The notes under the pieces were generated by a model. The model had not been told where the DNA came from. It saw only the letters and a program-made list of their open reading frames with translations, and made no database searches. The position numbers and the translations under genes were made by a program. From assembly GCA_037917685.1 (NCBI GenBank), contig JAVCBU010000003.1:192001-256000 (forward strand): a DNA stretch of 64,000 nt, read 5' to 3'. How positions within the stretch are numbered: position 1 is the first letter of the stretch; each line of letters begins with the position of its first letter. Shown here piece by piece: positions 57,275 to 64,000 of the stretch. This DNA is from Thermoproteota archaeon (GTDB lineage Archaea > Korarchaeota > Korarchaeia > Korarchaeales > JAOZGB01).

Positions 57275-57382
57275 AATTGGAAAGTTGAAGGTGCAAACTA
57301 TTAAGCTTGAACATAAGGATTCTGTTAATCGATGGTGTAAATCTTTAAGAAACAAAACAGTAGTGGCAGACCACAACCTATG

Positions 57383-57409
57383 GTGTTACTTTTTTACGAA
57401 AAGTAACAT
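57383..57409. promoter_or_regulatory. NikR-like operator
   Basis: GTGTTAC-N13-GTAACAT with perfect 10-bp arms TGTTACTTTT/AAAAGTAACA, just upstream of the TATA box of the nik/cbiM gene. Confidence 0.72.
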
Positions 57410-57447
57410 TTAATAAGAAACAGGAGTTCTAACCTAAATGGTCTAAA

Positions 57448-58119
57448 ATGCATATTCCTGACGGATATCTAACACCTATAATAGCGGGGACTTGTTACAT
57501 TATAAGCATAATAATATTGTATCTATCATGGAGGAAATATCTCAAAGGTCCAGGTATCCCAGGCCTACTATCAGACTTAAACACGAGGATAAGCTACCTA
57601 TCAGTGATAGCTGCTGCAATATTCGCCGCTCAAATGCTTAACTGGCCTATTCCCGGTGGTACAAGCGCCCACCTCGTCGCAGGTGCCCTGGCGGGGATGA
57701 TCCTTGGACCTAGCGGAGGTGCCTGTGCGATGTCCCTGGTCCTGCTGGTGCAGTGCCTAATCTTCGGAGACGGCGGAATTACAGCTCTTGGAGCTAACAT
57801 CCTAAACATGGCTATAATAGACGTTTACGTAGGGTACATTGTGGCCGAGGCTGCTTCCAAGATCTTCAAAGACAAGGGGAGGGGGGTGGCCTTCGGATCC
57901 TTTCTTGGAGGATGGCTTGGAATAACGCTTGCAGCCATAGCCTGCGGCGTTGAGATAGGTCTTTCACCTGCCTTCGGCTATCCCCTGAGCGTAACCGTCC
58001 CGGTTATGGGTGTGTGGCATGCGGCTCTAGGCCTTGTAGAGGGAGCTATCACGATGTTCGTAATAAGCTACCTGTCAAGGCTAAATCCCGAACTAGTATT
58101 TGTGGGTGGTGCAACGTGA
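57448..58119 (+). CDS. Ni/Co ECF transporter M subunit (NikM/CbiM)
   Basis: N-terminal MHIPDG, GTSAH, FGDGGITALGAN. Confidence 0.93.
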   Translation: MHIPDGYLTPIIAGTCYIISIIILYLSWRKYLKGPGIPGLLSDLNTRISYLSVIAAAIFAAQMLNWPIPGGTSAHLVAGALAGMILGPSGGACAMSLVLLVQCLIFGDGGITALGANILNMAIIDVYVGYIVAEAASKIFKDKGRGVAFGSFLGGWLGITLAAIACGVEIGLSPAFGYPLSVTVPVMGVWHAALGLVEGAITMFVISYLSRLNPELVFVGGAT

Positions 58120-58385
58120 AGAGAGCATACATAATCATAATAGTGCTGGTGGTTCTAAGCCCCTTGTTCGGGGTTATAGGGGCGGAGATAGTGGGGTACA
58201 GGGAGCCGCTTGAAGTGGCCGCGGAAAAAGTAGGCCTTGAAGAGTCTGAGCCCCTCTGGAGCGGCGTTCTACCAGACTATACCTTCCCAGGAGCGAACGA
58301 CGCAGTAGGATACATAATAGCAGGATTTATAGGGGTGGCTATACTCCTGTCGCCGCTAATAATAGTAGGGAGACGGAGGAAATGA
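58116..58385 (+). CDS. NikN/PDGLE-type small membrane subunit
   Basis: LSPLFG, EPLEVAAE, LPDYTFPG; GTGA overlap with the M subunit. Confidence 0.82.
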   Translation: MKRAYIIIIVLVVLSPLFGVIGAEIVGYREPLEVAAEKVGLEESEPLWSGVLPDYTFPGANDAVGYIIAGFIGVAILLSPLIIVGRRRK

Positions 58386-59104
58386 AACCATACAGCGTGG
58401 TAGAGCAACTACTTGAAAAGACGGCTGAATGGATGGATGCTGTCGAATCAGCTACCGGGAGTAAGAGGCTTTCAGGGATCCACCCCCTAGTATTCCCCAT
58501 ATCCTTCTTCATCCTAACCTCGGTAGTTGCATTCTCGAATACCCTGCTTATACCCGTTGCTGCGGTGGCCCTGGCAGCGGTAGCCTGCAGGGATCCACGC
58601 CTGTTAAAACTTCCACTCCCAATCCTAATATTCACAGTTATAGCCCAGGCCCCGAGAATCCTGCTAGAGCAGTTCCAGACAACAGTGTACCAAGTACTTA
58701 CAATAGTCCTTAGAACCTACGCGTCGATGACAGTTATGCTGGCTTTAACCATGATTTACGGAATAGGAAGAATACTCCAAGGGCTCTCATACATGGCAGG
58801 GGAGAAGTTTTCCCTTGCAGTCTCAACACTTCTAAGGATGGTACCAGCCCAGATTAGGGAGATAAGAAGTATAGTGTTAGCGCAGCAGTCCAGGCTCCTC
58901 CACAAGCCAGGCTATACCAGGGTTTGGAATTCAGCAGCCAGAGGCGCGGCAATCCTCATATCCAGGAGCCTCGGTAAATCTACAGCCCTAGCATCTGCAT
59001 ACAAGTCTAGGATATGGGGCCAGGACCATGAGGAATACAGCCTTGGAGCCTCGGCACTCTTCCTCATAGCATCAGCATCTACGGTGGTCATCCTATGTGT
59101 CTAA
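58382..59104 (+). CDS. NikQ/CbiQ-type T subunit
   Basis: Operon position, TMs, LAQQSR, AYKSR. Confidence 0.78.
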   Translation: MKPYSVVEQLLEKTAEWMDAVESATGSKRLSGIHPLVFPISFFILTSVVAFSNTLLIPVAAVALAAVACRDPRLLKLPLPILIFTVIAQAPRILLEQFQTTVYQVLTIVLRTYASMTVMLALTMIYGIGRILQGLSYMAGEKFSLAVSTLLRMVPAQIREIRSIVLAQQSRLLHKPGYTRVWNSAARGAAILISRSLGKSTALASAYKSRIWGQDHEEYSLGASALFLIASASTVVILCV

Positions 59105-59817
59105 GAGCTGTGGGCGTCTCATACAGGTATCCAGACGGAACCTTAGCAGTTGAGAATGTAAGCCTGGAGGCGGAGCCCGGCAGGGTAACCGCTGTCCTTG
59201 GGGCGAATGCGTCTGGGAAAACAACCCTTATACTTCTCCTAGCCGGGCTTCTCGAGCCAACAAGTGGGGAGGTAACGTATGATGGGAGCCCCATCACTAT
59301 GCTTGGATGGAAATATAGGAGAATATGTGGTGTGCTATTCCAGAACCCTGAGGATCAGCTTATAGCACCTGTTGTATACGACGATATATCGGTAGGCCCA
59401 AAACAGGTGGGCATGGACGTCAGGGAGGCAGTCCTAGTAGCAGCTTCAAAATCCAATGTGAGAAACCTTCTAAGGAGGTACACACACCGACTAAGCGGCG
59501 GACAGAAGAAGAAGGTTGCTATAGCAGGAATCATCGCGTACAAGCCAAGAATACTGCTGCTGGACGAGCCCTTCTCAGGCCTAGACTGGAAGGGATATGA
59601 AAGTCTCACCGGCATACTACGAGCCCACAAGGCTGAAGGTGGAATAGCTGTCTTCACTACACAGGACCCTGAAATAGCCTTCCACCTAGCTGACATAATC
59701 ATTGTTTTAAGGGAAGGTCGCATCATAGACGTGCTAGAAGGCGGAAGCAAGCCTACAATTGAGCTTGTAAGGAAGGCGGGAGTAAAACCTCCCTCAAGCA
59801 TTTACAGCCAGCTTTAA
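59095..59817 (+). CDS. NikO/CbiO ATPase
   Basis: YRYPDGT, GANASGKTT, LFQNPEDQ, LSGGQKKK, LDEP. Confidence 0.9.
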   Translation: MCLRAVGVSYRYPDGTLAVENVSLEAEPGRVTAVLGANASGKTTLILLLAGLLEPTSGEVTYDGSPITMLGWKYRRICGVLFQNPEDQLIAPVVYDDISVGPKQVGMDVREAVLVAASKSNVRNLLRRYTHRLSGGQKKKVAIAGIIAYKPRILLLDEPFSGLDWKGYESLTGILRAHKAEGGIAVFTTQDPEIAFHLADIIIVLREGRIIDVLEGGSKPTIELVRKAGVKPPSSIYSQL

Positions 59818-59831
59818 CCCATCCCAATACT

Positions 59832-60611
59832 CTAGATGCCTATTCCAAGGCTTATAGCTCCAAACCTGCACTCATCAACACACTCCATACAAAGTACGCA
59901 CTCAGACCTCGCAGGCCGGCCCGCGGCAAGCCGGCCCGGGGTTAGAGCATCAAACCTGCACTTTAAAGTGCATACTTTACAGTTTCTACACTTCTCTGGG
60001 TCAACCTTCAAGCCTACAGGCTTCACAATGCTGAGAAGCCCGAGAAAGCCTCCCAAAGGGCAGACATGCCTACACCAAGATCTGCTTCCCCAAGCCTCAA
60101 ACAGGAACGGGGCGAGTGCCACTGGTAGAAGGGATAACCCGGCTTCCTTAAGCCTCCCAAGCCCACAGATGCCTCTCACAGGGCATACCACGCAGAAGAT
60201 AGGATACCTACACAGATACGAGAGCAAAATGAACGCCCCCGCAAAAAGATACTTTCCACCGGTTCCAAGAGCCATAGACAATGCCGGGGATCCCTTTCTA
60301 CCTGAACCCTTCACGGGAAGAATGCATCTATAAATATCTAGGGCAGCCCCAACCGGGCAAAGCCAGCCACAAAAGAATCTGCCAAGGAAAACCGTCAACA
60401 GCACTGGCAGAGCAAAAGCAACAGCCAAGGCAAGCATCAGAAATCTGAGAGACAAAATTCTAAGTATCCCACCATATGGGCATGCCACACTTACCCATCC
60501 CGAGATCCAGCATACCCCAGACGATAAAACTAAGATTGAGGCCGCCAAGCTTAGAGCCTGAACAAAAAGCCTTAACCTGCTCCACCTCAAGGCTTCACCC
60601 TTGGCTCCCAC
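59832..60611 (-). CDS. NapH/MauN-type membrane polyferredoxin
   Basis: GRFFCGWLCPVG, FCVVCP, WCRHVCPLG, CRNCKVC..C, CVLCMEC..C. Confidence 0.88.
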   Translation of the reverse strand: MGAKGEALRWSRLRLFVQALSLAASILVLSSGVCWISGWVSVACPYGGILRILSLRFLMLALAVAFALPVLLTVFLGRFFCGWLCPVGAALDIYRCILPVKGSGRKGSPALSMALGTGGKYLFAGAFILLSYLCRYPIFCVVCPVRGICGLGRLKEAGLSLLPVALAPFLFEAWGSRSWCRHVCPLGGFLGLLSIVKPVGLKVDPEKCRNCKVCTLKCRFDALTPGRLAAGRPARSECVLCMECVDECRFGAISLGIGI

Positions 60612-61156
60612 CCAGTTCTACAAGCTCCTCCCGCTACCACGGTTATAGCATCCCACGGGCAAGCTTCAACACACCTCCCACACCCAACGCAATCCTCAAC
60701 CAGCACCCGGGGACCCCCGCCGCTTATCTCTATAGCCCCCACAGACTCCCTCCTACACACATTGTAACACTTCCTACATTTCCCACCCCTACTCCACACA
60801 ATGCAAGCATCCCTATCTATCACAGCTGTACCAATGTCAGCCACCAAATCCTTAGAATATCTTAACGCACCTGAAGGACAAACCCTGGCACACTCCCAGC
60901 ACCCAATACATACACCCTCCACCACGGGTGTGAAAGCATTAAAGCCAGCTGTCAAAGGTAAAATCTTGATGGCGCCTGAAGGGCAGACTTCGGCGCATCT
61001 TCCACATCTCACACAGGCTACTGGGAAAACCTCCTCCGTAACCGCTCCCGGTGGCCTGACAAAGTCCCTCCTTGACCCCCTTAAAGCCACGGTGATAAAT
61101 GTTGAAGCAAGGCCTGCAATGGAAAGCTTCAAAAAATCTCTCCGTCTAACCTTCAA
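60587..61156 (-). CDS. NapG/MauM-type Tat-exported ferredoxin
   Basis: RRDFLK Tat motif, RPPGA, CVRCGRC..CP, CIGCWEC..CP, CVGCGRC..CP. Confidence 0.9.
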   Translation of the reverse strand: MKVRRRDFLKLSIAGLASTFITVALRGSRRDFVRPPGAVTEEVFPVACVRCGRCAEVCPSGAIKILPLTAGFNAFTPVVEGVCIGCWECARVCPSGALRYSKDLVADIGTAVIDRDACIVWSRGGKCRKCYNVCRRESVGAIEISGGGPRVLVEDCVGCGRCVEACPWDAITVVAGGACRTGWEPRVKP

Positions 61157-61217
61157 CCTACCATAATAATGCGTGGATAGAATGTTTTAAAACTCTAGTA
61201 ACCGCTGAAACATGGGG

Positions 61218-61276
61218 TTTGATCAGATGAAATCCCGGCGTCATTTGATCCGCCGCGGACACCTCATCATCTCAAA
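61218..61276 (-). ncRNA. C/D box guide sRNA
   Basis: tttgag-ATGATGA-GGTGTCCGCGG-CGGA-tcaa-ATGACGC-CGGGATTTCAT-CTGA-tcaaa: C, D', C' and D boxes, two 11-nt guides, 5-bp terminal stem, TTTTAAA about 20 nt upstream. Confidence 0.8.
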
Positions 61277-61496
61277 TCTAGTATGTGTAGGGCATTTAAA
61301 AGTTAACAATAGCATTTCACATGATAAGAAAAGATGTTACCCTATTTGTTGACCCTTCTACACATTTCCACATGTTACTTTGGAGCCGATACCCTGATCG
61401 ATGAGCCTGATCAATAAGCTTTAGCAATTTACTGGTTTATATGCGCGTTCGGGTCATAAACTCTTGCTGTGGGGGCTCTACGCTGAGAACAGGAGC

Positions 61497-63152
61497 CTAT
61501 AGCTTTATTCTGAGAGTCTTCTCTCTTATGAGGGTTGGTGGTAGCAATCCCCCTAGGAGTATGGCTGAGTAGGATAGGAGGAAAGTTGATATGGATGCTA
61601 TCCCCATGGATTGGAGGAGCAGGGAGGCTACACTGGCTATATAGGAGAAGGCCAATGTTAAGAGTACTGTTTTGAAGGCGTTGCTTGTTTTCAGGCCTAG
61701 AATGGCCAGTAGGGTTAGTGTTGGCGCAAGGTAGATGATACCGAGCAGTATGCTCTCTAGGCTTCCGGCTATTAGTATGGCTACCTCGGGGTTTACAGCT
61801 GTAAGCCCCTTGAAAATCTTTTCCGTGGCTGTTAGGCTGTAGATTAAAGGTTGTAGCGAGTAGTAGCTGTAGGCGTGAAGTGCCGGGCTTTCCGCGATTA
61901 ATGATGCTACACGTGGGCTCCATGTGTAGTAGAACTTGTTAAACGAGTTTAGGAAGCTGGATCCTAGGAAGGTTTTCATAACGCGTTCGTCTCTAAACCT
62001 TCTGAGCAGCTGAACCTCTCTTGAGAGTTCGCTACCATAGGTTACAGTAGCTATAATACATCTTTCCTCTTTTTTAACTTGTACTGACACGGCTGCCGCC
62101 CTATGTATTTCCCCGCTTACACCCTTAACTGTTATCCTGTATACGCCGGGGTTTTCTCCAGCCCTTATGGTTAGAACGGTGCTTCCAGGCGGGGTTATAC
62201 TGTACGTGGCTAGGCTTGCCGTAAAGTCCTGTGGGACGCCAGATAGGGACAGGCTTATAGTTTCAGGGCTTCCCGATAAGAGTGTAACAAGAACCTGGAT
62301 GGCTACTTCCTCACCGGGGCTAACCGTGACCGTTTCAGGCTGGACTGTGATTTCAAAGTCAAACATTGGCGTTTGGGTTTCCGTTGGAGGCACCGTGGTG
62401 GAGGGTGGCGGTGTAGTGGTTGGTGTTATGTTCGGACTAACATATACCGATACCATCGAGCTGTCAATTATAGTACTGCCAACATACAGGTTTACAGTAA
62501 TATTTATAACGCCCCACGTGAGAGGTTTGATGCTAAACTCCACGGGGTAAGTTTCGCTTGGTGGTATCATAATTGACCGCTGAACCGGGGAAACCTGGAT
62601 CTCGGTGCAGACCGGGACAACCCTAAACTCGGAGGTTTTACTCATGGAGTTAAACACGTAGACAACCATCTGGTAGGTTTGCCCTTCAACCATGTCCTCG
62701 GGAACTATAACAGATGATATAGGCCCGCCCTGGAAGGGTACCGTTGAAGGTGGAGGGGTTTCACCGCCGCAAGAGGTGCAGTTAAGCTGCCGGGAAACGG
62801 AGTCCACCAGGATGCTTCCATAATATACCTTAACAGTCATAACATGTAGGCCGGGCACCCTGCAGACGGCGACGAACTGGTAGGTTCCCGAACCCCGGCC
62901 TGGCAGGGTGAGATCTCCAATATAGGAGAATTCTCCCCCCTCCTCGCCATAGTAGATGCTTACTGTGACATCCTTGTGCTCGAAATTCTTGAGTTCAACC
63001 ATCACATTGTAAAGGCTCCCCATGCAAACCTCAGCCGGGATACTTACACCTATAATCCTAACATCCGGAGGCTCAACGGCGGAGAGTAAAGCCACGGCTA
63101 AAGTTCCAGCCACATAAACAATGATAAAAACAACCACCAGGTTCAGTCTCAA
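61497..63152 (-). CDS. secreted Ig-like/CARDB-repeat protein with CFI-box-CTERM domain
   Basis: Signal peptide, beta-rich repeats, P/T linkers, RCIIATVTYGSELS.EVQ.LR.FRD and C-terminal TMs. Confidence 0.85.
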   Translation of the reverse strand: MRLNLVVVFIIVYVAGTLAVALLSAVEPPDVRIIGVSIPAEVCMGSLYNVMVELKNFEHKDVTVSIYYGEEGGEFSYIGDLTLPGRGSGTYQFVAVCRVPGLHVMTVKVYYGSILVDSVSRQLNCTSCGGETPPPSTVPFQGGPISSVIVPEDMVEGQTYQMVVYVFNSMSKTSEFRVVPVCTEIQVSPVQRSIMIPPSETYPVEFSIKPLTWGVINITVNLYVGSTIIDSSMVSVYVSPNITPTTTPPPSTTVPPTETQTPMFDFEITVQPETVTVSPGEEVAIQVLVTLLSGSPETISLSLSGVPQDFTASLATYSITPPGSTVLTIRAGENPGVYRITVKGVSGEIHRAAAVSVQVKKEERCIIATVTYGSELSREVQLLRRFRDERVMKTFLGSSFLNSFNKFYYTWSPRVASLIAESPALHAYSYYSLQPLIYSLTATEKIFKGLTAVNPEVAILIAGSLESILLGIIYLAPTLTLLAILGLKTSNAFKTVLLTLAFSYIASVASLLLQSMGIASISTFLLSYSAILLGGLLPPTLIREKTLRIKL

Positions 63153-63242
63153 TTTTAACCCACATCAAACTAGAGAGACACTATTTTAAAGTTAAACCCG
63201 CAACACCCTTAACTACATACTAAAGCTTTCAGGGCACGAGCT

Positions 63243-64000
63243 ATGAGTGTGGACTTAAACCTTAAAGTGTCAATCAACAGGGAGAATGTGAAGAAAATCT
63301 CAACATTAATATCGAGAAGCAGGATTTACACACCTAAATACGATCTTGAAATCTTCCCTCCGAGGACCGACCCCGCCGAACGACAGTTGGCATTCTTCAC
63401 CGCTATGGTTGCAATCGATCACAGAACAAGCGCCGTATACCCCTTTGAAGCGTGGATCAACGGGAAAAAGTATAAGGGGTCAGACCTACTATTCAAGCTT
63501 GGCGTGGAAGTATACCGGCGCGAACCAGATTTCTACACGCCGGAAAACCTATCAGAACTCGGCCAGTCTAAGGCTCTCAAACTACTATCGTACCGTGGCA
63601 TGGTGATATGGGACCTTCATGTTAGAACCCTGCTACTGCGGGATCTTGGAAGGAAAATCATGTATAAGTACGGGTCTTACACCGAGCTGTTAGACGTCGA
63701 TACCGTAAAGGGTCTTCTGAAAAGGCTTTCATGGTTCATAGCGTATGAAGACCCCGTGGCTAAAAAGAGCTTCCTGCTAGCAAAATTCCTCCATAAGCGT
63801 GGCCTTACAGCCTTCAAGGATGAGGAGAACTTCCATGTCCCAGTGGATAACCACCTTACAAGGATAGCCTTCAGGCTTGGAATAGTGGAGCTAGACGACT
63901 ACACGGTCATAGACAGGGGGATAGAGCTGAATCGTTCCCAGGATCTTACAATAAGGATGAAGGTTAGAAATGCGTGGAAACTTGTTTCGGAATCCTCCAG
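63243..64000 (+). CDS. queuosine-salvage (Qng1/DUF2419-like) HhH-GPD-fold protein, runs off window
   Basis: Open frame translated by hand: FFTAMVAIDHRT, GSDLL, AYEDPVAKKSFLLAK, VPVDNHLTRIAFRLG. Confidence 0.7.
   Translation, partial: MSVDLNLKVSINRENVKKISTLISRSRIYTPKYDLEIFPPRTDPAERQLAFFTAMVAIDHRTSAVYPFEAWINGKKYKGSDLLFKLGVEVYRREPDFYTPENLSELGQSKALKLLSYRGMVIWDLHVRTLLLRDLGRKIMYKYGSYTELLDVDTVKGLLKRLSWFIAYEDPVAKKSFLLAKFLHKRGLTAFKDEENFHVPVDNHLTRIAFRLGIVELDDYTVIDRGIELNRSQDLTIRMKVRNAWKLVSESS

Noticed and set aside
653-62576. Numerous antisense or overlapping 60-190 aa ORFs in the track
   Set aside because: They lie opposite or within well-supported genes and lack family motifs
63346-63606. 86-aa ORF-track call
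   Set aside because: Shadow frame of the long open ORF that starts at 63243

Overview
Archaeal chromosomal window, about 46% GC by eye. It has TATA-type promoters, short or absent leaders, form III RuBisCO, DUF835 proteins and a CFI-box-CTERM protein, which fits a thermophilic TACK/Thermoproteota-type lineage (inference). No rRNA, tRNA, CRISPR array or intact IS element was seen. Contents: (i) secreted enzymes sharing an S-layer-like domain; (ii) a dispersed NifB/NifX, MinD-ferredoxin ATPase, DUF5320, DUF134 and radical SAM gene set with a shared palindromic operator and an unannotated 53-aa aromatic peptide; (iii) two metal importers sharing a NikR-like operator sequence; (iv) PIN toxin-antitoxin loci, one tripartite with a 127-bp perfect repeat; (v) RuBisCO, a two-subunit AOR-family oxidoreductase and an orphan Cas6; (vi) ECF transporters (one intact, one decayed), mtaD/ahcY, an orphan NapGH-like pair and a clear C/D-box sRNA. 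The best candidate for an undescribed system is at 37.7-43.3 kb. It comprises a CstA transporter, a single-TM protein resembling eukaryotic CCDC47 (PAT complex), a hypothetical protein, two small paralogous proteins and two GET3/ArsA ATPases. The second ATPase naturally carries the hydrolysis-dead Asp-to-Asn substitution. All family calls come from motif recognition by eye; no database search was run.
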